From: Bifidobacterium breve
GTDB lineage: Bacteria; Myxococcota_A; UBA796; SXON01
Direction: 5' to 3'
NCBI GenBank assembly: GCA_943328795.2
Contig: CALQBK020000002.1
Coordinates: 2,513 to 66,512, forward strand
DNA: 64,000 nucleotides
Part shown: piece by piece, positions 1-11,240 of the stretch
How the letters are laid out: each line of letters begins with the position of its first letter
How positions within the stretch are numbered: position 1 is the first letter of the stretch
Notes under the pieces: generated by a model
What the model was told of the DNA's origin: nothing
Databases searched by the model: none
The model's input: the letters and a program-made list of their open reading frames with translations, nothing else
Translations under genes and position numbers: made by a program

Positions 1-2
1 AG

Positions 3-293
3 GTGCTCTCGCAGCGCGCCGCGACGCGGCTTGGCGAGTACGAAGCCCAGCTGGCGAAGGTCCGCGCAGAGCTGACGGAGTACCGCGCCGGGCTGCGTGG
101 CGACGCGCACAAGGTGCACGCGCACTCGGTCGCGGAGGCCCGCCGCGAGGCGGACGTGCACCTGCAAGGCGCGCTCCACGGCGTACAGCGCGAGGCGAAC
201 CACGCCCGGCAGGCGATCGCGTCGATGTCGAAGGACTTGGCTGGCGACATCGTGAAGACGGTGCTCGGGCGCTCACCTGTGGCGGAGGCGTAA
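3..293 (+). CDS. F0F1 ATP synthase stalk subunit b' (b-type), 5' end outside window
   Basis: Charged Ala/Arg/Glu-rich helical C-terminus typical of b-type stalk subunits. TAA 291-293 abuts ATG 294 of a second b subunit, followed by delta-alpha-gamma-beta-epsilon. Confidence 0.75.
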   Translation: MLSQRAATRLGEYEAQLAKVRAELTEYRAGLRGDAHKVHAHSVAEARREADVHLQGALHGVQREANHARQAIASMSKDLAGDIVKTVLGRSPVAEA

Positions 294-878
294 ATGTTCG
301 GCATTTCCCCAGCATTCGCGAGCGAAGGCGGCGGCGAGCACATGTCCGCCGAGGAGCACGAGGCGGAGGAGTACGGCCCCCAGTACACGCAGATCGTGTA
401 CGGCGGCATCAACTTCGCCATCTTCGCGGTCTTGCTCTTCGTGATCGCGCGCAAGCCGATCGCAGCCGCTATCGCGGGTCGTTCGGCCAGCATCCGCAGC
501 GGGCTCGACGAGGCGGCGCGGCTCCAAGCGGAGGCGCAGGCGCGCTTCGACTCGGTCGAGGTGCGGCTCGCTGCGCTCGACAAGGAGATCGAGGAGATGC
601 GGGTTGACGCCCGCGAAGACGCCGAGCGCGAGGCCGAGACCTTGCGGGCGCGGGGCGCGGTCGAGGCCGTGCGGATCAAGGAGAGCGCCGAGCGTGCGAT
701 TCGTGAAGAGTCCGCGCGGGCGAAGAACGAGATCCGGCAGGAGGCTGTCGCCTTGGCCGTGCAGCTCGCGCGCGAGACCCTCACCCGGACCATCACCCGG
801 GAAGACCAGGAGCGCCTCGCCAAGGAGTTCCTCGCGGCGGTGGATGCCGACCGTGCCTCCAACCCCAAGGGTGCGTAG
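294..878 (+). CDS. atpF: F0F1 ATP synthase subunit b
   Basis: One N-terminal TM helix (GGINFAIFAVLLFVIA) then a long charged coiled-coil. Position between b' and delta. Confidence 0.85.
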   Translation: MFGISPAFASEGGGEHMSAEEHEAEEYGPQYTQIVYGGINFAIFAVLLFVIARKPIAAAIAGRSASIRSGLDEAARLQAEAQARFDSVEVRLAALDKEIEEMRVDAREDAEREAETLRARGAVEAVRIKESAERAIREESARAKNEIRQEAVALAVQLARETLTRTITREDQERLAKEFLAAVDADRASNPKGA

Positions 879-1430
879 ATGACTGAAGGATCCGTCGCTC
901 GTCGCTACGCAAAAGCGTTGTTGGAGATCGCACACGAGGCCCACGCGGTGGACCGCTTCGGCAACGACCTCGAGAAGTTCTGGACCGTCGCGCGGCTCGA
1001 GAACAACCTCCTGCTCGGTGCGCTGTCGAACCCGGTCTTCACCCAGCCCGAGCGTCGGCTGGTGCTCGAGCGCGTGCTGCCCGGGCTGAACCTGGACAGC
1101 ACGGTCGCGAACTTCCTGCGGCTGCTGCTCGACAAGCGCCGCATGGACGGCATCGAGGCCATCGTGCGCGAGTACCGCGCGTTCGCCGACACCGAAGCCA
1201 ACCGGGTACGGGCTATCGTCACCACCGCCACCGCGATCGACGCAGTTGCTCGTGTCCAGGTGCAGCGCGCCCTCGAGGTCGCGACGGGCAAGTCCGTCGT
1301 CCTCGAAGCGAAGGTCGACGGTGCGCTGATCGGCGGCATGGTCGCCCAGGTCGGGAGCCGCGTCTACGACGCGTCCATCCGGTCCCGCCTCGAACGTCTC
1401 ACCCTCTCCCTCTCCGATACCCGAGCCTGA
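879..1430 (+). CDS. atpH: F0F1 ATP synthase subunit delta (OSCP)
   Basis: 183 aa OSCP-like sequence (ARRYAKALLEIA..., C-terminal GGMVAQVGSRVYDASIRSRLERL). TAG/ATG abutting atpF. Confidence 0.88.
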   Translation: MTEGSVARRYAKALLEIAHEAHAVDRFGNDLEKFWTVARLENNLLLGALSNPVFTQPERRLVLERVLPGLNLDSTVANFLRLLLDKRRMDGIEAIVREYRAFADTEANRVRAIVTTATAIDAVARVQVQRALEVATGKSVVLEAKVDGALIGGMVAQVGSRVYDASIRSRLERLTLSLSDTRA

Positions 1431-1478
1431 TCCCAGGCCGCGAACAGCGGCCAAACCCACTGGTCAAAGGACACTGAA

Positions 1479-3008
<1,530 letters not shown>

Positions 3009-3031
3009 GTCGGTAGAACCAGGAGGATTCG

Positions 3032-3931
3032 ATGGCTACGCTTCGCGACATTCGTACACGCATCACGTCGGTGAAGAGCACAAAGCAAATCACCAACGCG
3101 ATGAAGATGGTCTCCGCCGCCAAGCTCCGGCGCGCGACGGACGCTGCCGTGTCCGCGCGGCCGTGGCAGGAGACCCTGACCGCGACGCTTCAGCGCATCG
3201 CCGGCGGTGCGGCTGGCGGTGAGGTGCAGCACCCGCTCCTCGAGCCACGTGGCGCCGTCAAGAACGTGCTGCTCGTCGTCGTGACGACGGATCGCGGCCT
3301 GTGCGGCGGGTTCAACGGCACGCTGCTGCGGCAGACCGACGTGTGGTTGAAGACTCAGCAGGGCACGCTCGTGCAGGCGGGGCAAGATGGCTCCGCGGCG
3401 CGCCGGGTTCGGGTTCGCACCTTCGGCAAGAAGGCGCGCGAGTTCTTCAAGAGCCGGCCTGTCGTCGTGGACGAATCCACGATTGACGCGACGTCCGCGA
3501 AGTTCCAGGAGATCGTCCAGGCCCTCTCGGACGAGATGGTGCGCGGGTTCATCGCCGGCGAGTACGACGAGTGCGTCATCGCCTACAACGCGTTCAAGAA
3601 CACGCTCACGCAGACCCCCACGTTCACGCGGGTGCTCCCGCTGTCGATCGAGGCGGGCGCCACCACGGGCCCGAGCGTCGACTACGTGTACGAGCCGAAG
3701 GGCGCCGCGATCCTCGAGACGCTGCTCCCGCTCTACCTCCGCACGCTGCTTCTGCAGGCGTTCCTGGAGACCGGCGCCGGCGAGCACGCGGCCCGGATGA
3801 CCGCGATGGACAACGCCACGCGCAACGCGACCGACCTCATCAAGTCGCTCACCCTCGACTACAACCGCGGTCGCCAAGCGGCGATCACCAAAGAGCTCAT
3901 CGAGATCGTCTCCGGCGCTGAAGCGCTCTGA
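3032..3931 (+). CDS. atpG: F0F1 ATP synthase subunit gamma
   Basis: N-terminus MATLRDIRTRITSVKSTKQITNAMKMVSAAKLRRA and C-terminus ARMTAMDNATRNA...ITKELIEIVSGAEAL are gamma hallmarks. Confidence 0.96.
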   Translation: MATLRDIRTRITSVKSTKQITNAMKMVSAAKLRRATDAAVSARPWQETLTATLQRIAGGAAGGEVQHPLLEPRGAVKNVLLVVVTTDRGLCGGFNGTLLRQTDVWLKTQQGTLVQAGQDGSAARRVRVRTFGKKAREFFKSRPVVVDESTIDATSAKFQEIVQALSDEMVRGFIAGEYDECVIAYNAFKNTLTQTPTFTRVLPLSIEAGATTGPSVDYVYEPKGAAILETLLPLYLRTLLLQAFLETGAGEHAARMTAMDNATRNATDLIKSLTLDYNRGRQAAITKELIEIVSGAEAL

Positions 3932-5404
<1,473 letters not shown>

Positions 5405-5406
5405 TC

Positions 5407-5679
5407 ATGGCGCTCAACGTCCGCATCGTCACGCCCCGGAAGATCGTGTTCGAGGGCGTGGCTGAAGGGGTGCAGGCCCCCGGTGAGCTCGGCGAGTTCG
5501 GCGTGCTCGCGGGCCACATCCCGCTGGTGACGACGCTGAAGCCGGGGACGGTCGTGATCCACGGCAGCCCGCGCCGGACCTTCAAGGTCGGGACGGGGTT
5601 CGCCGAGGCGGGGCCCGACCGGGTCACGCTGCTCGTCGAGACCTGCGAAGAGATCGAGAGCGCGGCGCTGGCGCACTGA
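5407..5679 (+). CDS. atpC: F0F1 ATP synthase subunit epsilon, short form (beta-sandwich domain only)
   Basis: [47 protein letters not shown] matches the epsilon N-terminal domain. Starts 2 nt after the atpD stop. Only 90 aa. Confidence 0.85.
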   Translation: MALNVRIVTPRKIVFEGVAEGVQAPGELGEFGVLAGHIPLVTTLKPGTVVIHGSPRRTFKVGTGFAEAGPDRVTLLVETCEEIESAALAH

Positions 5680-5805
5680 TACCGTCGGATCTCGATTCGG
5701 CTCGTTCCTCGGACGCGCCCGACGCGCCTGGCTTCGTTGGGCCTTCCTCGTCTGCCTCGGCAGGCTTTGTCGGCTCCGCCTTGCCAGCCACGTCGGATCG
5801 GGGCC

Positions 5806-6795
5806 CTATTTTGCCTCGTACGCCTCGTCGGCGTACCGGTACCCACCGTTGTCGCGCTTCGCCCGGTACATCGCGGCGTCCGCGACGCGGAGGAGGTCAT
5901 CGTCTGCCCCGCCATCCTCTGGGTGGAGCGCGATGCCGATGCTCACGCCGATGCTCGCGGGGGTGCCGTTCAGGTCGAAGGGCGAATTCAATGCTTCTAC
6001 CAGCTTTTCCGCGACGCGAGTGACCTGGTGGAGGTGCTGGAAGCACTCGACGACCACGGCGAACTCGTCTCCGCCAACCCGGGCTACAGTGTCCGTCTTG
6101 CGCAGGCAGCCGCTCCAACGCTCACTCACCAGCCGGAGCAGCAGGTCGCCCGCAGCGTGCCCCAGGCCGTCGTTGACTTGCTTGAACCGGTCGAGGTCGA
6201 GGAACATCACCGCGACGCGCCGGGTCTCCCGGCTGGAGCGCGCGAGGGCCTGGTGCAGGCGGTCACGGAACAGGTGGCGGTTGGGCAGCCCCGTCAGGCT
6301 GTCGTGCTGTGCGAGGTACGCCAGCTGCTCCCGATCGCTGATGTCCTGGACGGCGAGCAAGGTGCGCCCCGACTTCTGCTTCCCGCCTCCCGCGCGCTGG
6401 CGGACGCCCAACCAGCGGATCCCGCCGTCTGTCCGGACGATGCGGAACTCCTGGGAGGCGGGGCCCTCGCCGACGAGGGCGGCGGCACGACGCGCCAGGT
6501 ACAGCGCGCGATCGTCCGGGTGCACCATCTCTGCAAACGCGGGGTACCCGTCGGGCGGGATCTCGCCGAGCAGCGGAGTCGGGTCTGCGTTCCAAACGAG
6601 CGTGTCGGACTCGACGTCCCAATCCACCGACTGCAGCCCGGCGACCTCGTGGACCATCCGCAGCCGCTCGCGCTGCGCGAGGAGCTCGCCTTCGACCCGC
6701 TTTCGGTCGCTGATGTCTTGGATGACGGCCACGAGCCGCTCGGGGGTGCCCTCAGCGGAGCGGTACACCTTCGCCCGGGCGGCGGCCCACACCAC
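5806..6795 (-). CDS. PAS-GGDEF diguanylate cyclase (N-terminus begins inside a PAS fold)
   Basis: GGDEF motif ([13 protein letters not shown]), [21 protein letters not shown]. One full PAS plus a PAS tail ([17 protein letters not shown]) at the N-terminus. GTG start at 6795; in-frame TAG at 6838-6840. Confidence 0.9.
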   Translation of the reverse strand: MVWAAARAKVYRSAEGTPERLVAVIQDISDRKRVEGELLAQRERLRMVHEVAGLQSVDWDVESDTLVWNADPTPLLGEIPPDGYPAFAEMVHPDDRALYLARRAAALVGEGPASQEFRIVRTDGGIRWLGVRQRAGGGKQKSGRTLLAVQDISDREQLAYLAQHDSLTGLPNRHLFRDRLHQALARSSRETRRVAVMFLDLDRFKQVNDGLGHAAGDLLLRLVSERWSGCLRKTDTVARVGGDEFAVVVECFQHLHQVTRVAEKLVEALNSPFDLNGTPASIGVSIGIALHPEDGGADDDLLRVADAAMYRAKRDNGGYRYADEAYEAK

Positions 6796-6955
6796 CTCGC
6801 GGCACGCTGGGTTGGGGTGCTTTCCATGGCCTGGACTCTACCATGCGTTTTTTCGTTCTCAAGCGCCCTGGACGATCTCCGACGGAATTTCGACAGCTTC
6901 GGAGGCTCGCTGCCGGGGTCGGCCCCGGTTACCGCCGCCGGGCCCCGGAGAGGTC

Positions 6956-8353
6956 ATGTCCGCTAGTCGCATCGCCGAAATTCTCGCTGGTGGAGTCGCC
7001 GTGGGCGCCGCCGTGGTTGTCCAAGGGTGGGTCCGTACCCGCCGCGACAGCAAGGCGGGTTTGAGCTTCATCCAGGTGTCCGACGGGTCCTGCTTTGCCG
7101 CCCTGCAAGTCATCGCAGAGGCGGGACTGTCCAACTACGAAGCCGAGATCAAGCGGCTGACCACCGGCTGCTCGGTGGAGGTCCACGGGGTGCTGGTCGC
7201 CAGTCCGGCCGTCGGCCAGGCGGTCGAGCTGAAGGCGTCTTCGGTACGAGTCGTCGGCTGGGTGGACGACCCCGAGACCTACCCGATGCAACAGAAGCAG
7301 CACACGATGGAGTACTTGCGGGAGCAGGGGCACATGCGCCCGCGCACAAACGTGATCGGGGCCGTCACCCGGGTGCGCAACACGCTCGCGTTCGCGGTGC
7401 ACCGGTTCTTTCAACAGCGTGGGTTCTCGTGGATCCACACGCCGATCATCACCGGCAGCGACGCCGAGGGGGCGGGGCAGATGTTCCGGATCTCCACGTT
7501 GGACGCCGCCAACCTGCCGCTCACGTCGACGGGTGCCGTGGACTATACGCAAGACTTCTTCGGGAAGCCCGCCCACCTGACGGTCTCAGGGCAGCTGAAC
7601 GTCGAGGCCTACTGCCTCGCGATGAGCAAGGTCTACACGTTTGGCCCGACGTTCCGGGCCGAGAACAGCCAAACCCGCCGCCACTTGGCCGAGTTCTGGA
7701 TGATCGAGCCCGAAGTCGCGTTCAACGACCTCTCCGCGAACGCGGACTTGGCCGGGGACTTCCTGCAATTCATCTTCCGCGCGGTGCTCGACGAGCGGCA
7801 AGACGACTTGGCGTTCTTCGCCCAACGCGTTGACAAGACCTGCATCGACCGGCTCACGCGCTTCGTGGAAGCGAGCTTTGAACGGATGGACTACACCGAG
7901 GCCGTCGCGCGGCTGCTGAAGTCCACCGCCCGGTTCGAGTTCCCCGTGGCGTGGGGCATCGACCTGCAGAGCGAGCACGAGCGCTGGCTCTGCGAGCAAG
8001 TTGGCCGGCCCATCGTCGTGATGAACTACCCGAAGGACATCAAGGCCTTCTACATGCGCCAAAACGAGGACGGCCGCACGGTCGCGGCGATGGACGTGCT
8101 CGCGCCCGGGGTCGGGGAGATCATCGGGGGCAGCCAGCGCGAGGAGCGCCTCGACGTGCTGGACGCCCGGATCGTCGCGATGGGCCTGGACCCCGCCGAC
8201 TACTGGTGGTACCGCGACCTTCGCCGGTACGGCACCGTCCCGCACGCGGGCTTCGGCCTCGGGTTCGAGCGCGCGGTCATGTACGCCACCGGCGTGGAGA
8301 ACATCCGCGACGTGATCCCGTACCCGCGCGCGGCGGGGCAGCTCGAGTTCTGA
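6956..8353 (+). CDS. asnS: Asparagine--tRNA ligase
   Basis: Class II aaRS blocks [21 protein letters not shown] and GGSQREER...[17 protein letters not shown] at 6956 is in frame with the long track ORF 5849-8353, whose 5' 1.1 kb is antisense to the GGDEF gene. Confidence 0.95.
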   Translation: MSASRIAEILAGGVAVGAAVVVQGWVRTRRDSKAGLSFIQVSDGSCFAALQVIAEAGLSNYEAEIKRLTTGCSVEVHGVLVASPAVGQAVELKASSVRVVGWVDDPETYPMQQKQHTMEYLREQGHMRPRTNVIGAVTRVRNTLAFAVHRFFQQRGFSWIHTPIITGSDAEGAGQMFRISTLDAANLPLTSTGAVDYTQDFFGKPAHLTVSGQLNVEAYCLAMSKVYTFGPTFRAENSQTRRHLAEFWMIEPEVAFNDLSANADLAGDFLQFIFRAVLDERQDDLAFFAQRVDKTCIDRLTRFVEASFERMDYTEAVARLLKSTARFEFPVAWGIDLQSEHERWLCEQVGRPIVVMNYPKDIKAFYMRQNEDGRTVAAMDVLAPGVGEIIGGSQREERLDVLDARIVAMGLDPADYWWYRDLRRYGTVPHAGFGLGFERAVMYATGVENIRDVIPYPRAAGQLEF

Positions 8354-8377
8354 GCTCGCGGGACCGCGGCGAAGCGA

Positions 8378-8425
8378 GCGCCCAAATCGCGCGCTGCGGC
8401 TGCGCCTCGCGCACACTTTGGGCGC
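8378..8425. repeat. 48-bp palindromic intergenic element, copy 1 (also a hairpin between convergent genes)
   Basis: GCGCCCAAAtcgcgcgctgcggctgcgcctcgcgcacacTTTGGGCGC. The reverse complement recurs at 32413-32459 with 3 mismatches. Outer 9-bp arms pair. Confidence 0.75.
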
Positions 8426-8435
8426 CCTCCCACGG

Positions 8436-8705
8436 TCAGTGGAAGAGCCGGCCCCACTCTTGGCGCAACAGGTCGGCCTGGTCCGGCCGGAGCTCGCTCT
8501 CGTGCTCGAAAAGCCACTCGGCGAGCCTGCGCCGGAGCTCGTCGTAGCCGACCTCGGCGTCCACCCGGCGCGCGCGGACGAGCTCGGTGGTGATTGCGTC
8601 GATCGCCCGGGCGTCGATGTGCTGGAGGTCGCGCAGCAGCGCGAGGAGGTCCGCAGCGCGGGGCTCGAACAAGAGGTGCTGGGCGGGGTTCGGGCGGGGG
8701 TTCAC
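8436..8705 (-). CDS. Hypothetical small protein (89 aa) translationally coupled to dprA
   Basis: GTG start overlaps the dprA TGA as GTGA (8702-8705). GC3-rich codon usage. No recognisable family. Confidence 0.4.
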   Translation of the reverse strand: MNPRPNPAQHLLFEPRAADLLALLRDLQHIDARAIDAITTELVRARRVDAEVGYDELRRRLAEWLFEHESELRPDQADLLRQEWGRLFH

Positions 8706-9715
8706 GGGGGGCCTCGGGGGACGTACCGGTTTCCGGGTAACCGACCGACCCGCCCGGTCAACCCGAGGGCGCCGAGCCGCGCCATCACCTCGGCGTGCGA
8801 GAGCCCGGTTCGGGACGCGAGCTCCTCGGGTGTCGCGCCCCCGCCGAGCGCGGCCAGGACTGGGTCCGCTGGCCCCCGAGACGGCCCAGGAGGTGGGCCC
8901 GCGAGCCCGGCTGCGGCCAACACGGTCTCCGGGCCGCGCACCATCGTCGCGCCGTCTTCGATCATGTCCAAGCAGCCGGCGCTGGCCGGCGCGTCGAGGG
9001 GGCCGGGAACGGCGAGCACGATGCGCCCGCACTGGAGCGCGTGGTTCGCGGTGTTGCGCGCGCCGCTCCGGTGCGAGGCTTCTACGACAACGGTGGCCCG
9101 CGCAAGCGCGGCGACGATGCGGTTTCGGATCGGGAAGGTCCACGTATCGGCCGTGAGCCCGCGGGGGAATTCGCTGATCACGAGCCCCCCGTCCGCTAGA
9201 ACGCGCTCGCGGAGCTGCCGCTGCCAGCCGGGCATCGGGGTATCGAGCCCTTGCCCGAGGACCGCGATCGTGGCCCCCTCGGCCCCGAGGTGGGCGCTGC
9301 GGTCGATGCCCCGCGCCAAGCCGCTCACGACGACCGCCCCTGAGCGCGTGACGGCGCTGGCGATTCGGGCGGCTTGCTCGACCCCGTACGCAGTGCAGGC
9401 GCGAGCGCCGACGACCGCGACGGCGGGCTTGTGGAGCAGCTCCGCCCGACCTTCGACGCCCAGCGCCACGGGGGCGAACGGGACCCCGCACAGCGCGCTG
9501 GGCCAGTCGGCCATGCCGGGGGTGACCAGCCGCCCGCCGGGGTCGACGTGGGGGCGGGTCAGCAGCGGCAGCAAGTCGAACGGTAAGCCCGCCCGCAGCC
9601 AAGCCGCGGCGTCGGCGCAGGACGCCGCCTCGGCACCCCCGAGCCGAGCGACGATGTCCCACAGGTCCACCCGCGCGGCGACCTGGGACAGGCCCGTCCA
9701 AGGCAGCCCGCTCAT
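8702..9715 (-). CDS. dprA: DNA processing protein DprA (Smf)
   Basis: DprA Rossmann core VAVVGARACTAYG...VVSGLARGIDRSAH...FPIRNRIVAAL plus a C-terminal winged-helix-like tail. ATG at 9715 chosen (MSGLPW...). Confidence 0.9.
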   Translation of the reverse strand: MSGLPWTGLSQVAARVDLWDIVARLGGAEAASCADAAAWLRAGLPFDLLPLLTRPHVDPGGRLVTPGMADWPSALCGVPFAPVALGVEGRAELLHKPAVAVVGARACTAYGVEQAARIASAVTRSGAVVVSGLARGIDRSAHLGAEGATIAVLGQGLDTPMPGWQRQLRERVLADGGLVISEFPRGLTADTWTFPIRNRIVAALARATVVVEASHRSGARNTANHALQCGRIVLAVPGPLDAPASAGCLDMIEDGATMVRGPETVLAAAGLAGPPPGPSRGPADPVLAALGGGATPEELASRTGLSHAEVMARLGALGLTGRVGRLPGNRYVPRGPP

Positions 9716-9813
9716 GGGTCGATCCCCGCCGAATCGTGACCTGGCGTTGCGCCCGTCCGCGGTGTGCGACGGATACACTCCGGGCCCCTACCCCCGTTCT
9801 CCTTGGAGCTTCT

Positions 9814-10560
9814 ATGCCTACTCGTCGTGACATCCTCGCTGGCGCCCCCGTACTGGGCGTCGCCGCCCTCGGCATCGCCGCCTTTGGCTCTTCCCGCGCC
9901 CACGCCGGCGACACCAAGGCCGCCGACACCAAGTCCACCGCGTCGGCTGCGCCGGCCACCGGCCCGTTCACCCTCGCGGCGCTCCCGTTCAACGACACCG
10001 AGCTCGCCCCGTTCATCTCGCAGAACACGCTCTCGTTCCACTACGGAAAGCACCACGCCAAGTACGTGAGCAAGCTCAACGAGCTGTACGTTGGCAACGA
10101 GGCCCTGGGCACCACCACCGAGGCGATCGCGAAGGCGACCTACGGGGACAAGGACCACGTCCCGCTCTACAACAACGCCGCCCAGGCGTGGAATCACACG
10201 TTCTTCTGGAACAGCCTGCGGAAGGGGGGCGGGGGCGTCCCGATGTCCGGCAAGCTCTCGGATGCGATGAAGACCGCGTTCGTGGACGCCGACGGGTTCA
10301 AGAAGGCGCTCCGCGAGGCCGCTACCGGGCAGTTCGGCAGCGGCTGGGCCTGGCTCGTCTCGAACGGAGGCAAGCTCTCGTGCGTGAAGACCGCGAACGC
10401 GGACTCGCCGTTGTGGACCGGCGCGGGCACCCCGCTGCTCTGCATCGACGTCTGGGAGCACTCGTACTACCTCGACTACCAGGACAAGCGGTTCGACTAC
10501 GTGAACGCGTTCCTGGACCACCTGGCGAACTGGGAGTTTGCCGAGAAGAACTACGGCTGA
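9814..10560 (+). CDS. sodB: Fe-type superoxide dismutase with twin-arginine signal peptide
   Basis: FHYGKHH, AAQAWNHTFFW, DVWEHSYYLDYQ metal-ligand blocks. N-terminus MPTRRDILAGAPVLGVAALGIAAFGSSRAHA. GGAG 6 nt upstream of ATG 9814. Confidence 0.93.
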   Translation: MPTRRDILAGAPVLGVAALGIAAFGSSRAHAGDTKAADTKSTASAAPATGPFTLAALPFNDTELAPFISQNTLSFHYGKHHAKYVSKLNELYVGNEALGTTTEAIAKATYGDKDHVPLYNNAAQAWNHTFFWNSLRKGGGGVPMSGKLSDAMKTAFVDADGFKKALREAATGQFGSGWAWLVSNGGKLSCVKTANADSPLWTGAGTPLLCIDVWEHSYYLDYQDKRFDYVNAFLDHLANWEFAEKNYG

Positions 10561-10574
10561 TCGCGTCGCGGGGC

Positions 10575-11240
10575 TCATCCTTCCGCGACCTGTGGCGTCC
10601 GGATGCGCGCCGCGTCCAGGTAGCGGACGCCCGGGATTCGCGGGACGACCTGGCGCTGCTTCTGGGCTTCGTCGAGGCGTTTTGTGTCGGCGAGCACCTG
10701 CACGAGCGACGCGGCCTGGTCGAACCACTGCGTCGGTTCGTCCGGCGTAGGGGCCCAGCGTTCGCGCGGGGTGTCGAGCGTCCACGCGTCGTCTGGCGGG
10801 GCAACGGGGCTCGGCGCCCGCGGGCGGGAGACCGTCGCGGGGATAGCCACGGGGATGGAGCGGCGGTCCCAGCCGAGGTGCTCGGCGAGCTCGCCGGCGA
10901 GCCACGGGCCGCGCCAGTCGAGCGGGAGGCCGAGCGCCTCGAGCCACACCCGCTCGCGGAGCACCAAGGTGAGCAGCACGGCTCCTCCGGCGCCTGCGCC
11001 GACGAACGCGGACAGCGGCGCCAGCACGGCGAGCGTGGGCGCGTTGGCCAGCGCCGCGACGATCACCACCGCGACGCCGAACGCGCAGCCGAGCAGCCAG
11101 CACGCCGCTGCGACGGCGACTGGGGCCGCCAACATCCGGACGACGCGGGGGCGAAGGCGCGCGGCGACCAGCTGCGCGTCGGGGTCGGCCCCGGGGAGCG
11201 TAGGCGCGACGACGAACCAAAGGAGGAGTGCGAGGGTCAT
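10575..11240 (-). CDS. Hypothetical membrane protein
   Basis: Several hydrophobic helices (MTLALLLWFVVAP..., AVAAACWLLGCAFGVAVVIVAAL). Start ATG 11240 chosen over the Arg-rich upstream extension. Confidence 0.5.
   Translation of the reverse strand: MTLALLLWFVVAPTLPGADPDAQLVAARLRPRVVRMLAAPVAVAAACWLLGCAFGVAVVIVAALANAPTLAVLAPLSAFVGAGAGGAVLLTLVLRERVWLEALGLPLDWRGPWLAGELAEHLGWDRRSIPVAIPATVSRPRAPSPVAPPDDAWTLDTPRERWAPTPDEPTQWFDQAASLVQVLADTKRLDEAQKQRQVVPRIPGVRYLDAARIRTPQVAEG

Noticed and set aside
5752-5769. Possible intrinsic terminator after atpC (CTGCctcgGCAG followed by GCTTTGT)
   Set aside because: The stem is only 4 bp and the T-tract is short and interrupted. It is not distinguishable from background.
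5849-6955. 5' 1.1 kb of the 834-aa plus-strand ORF 5849-8353
   Set aside because: Only the part from ATG 6956 aligns to AsnRS. The upstream part is Ser/Arg-rich and antisense to the GGDEF gene.
8706-10028. Upstream part of the 530-aa minus-strand ORF 8436-10028
   Set aside because: It overlaps dprA in another frame and the sod gene in antisense, and it is extremely Arg/Pro/Gly-rich. Only the last 270 nt (8436-8705) were kept as a possible small coupled ORF.
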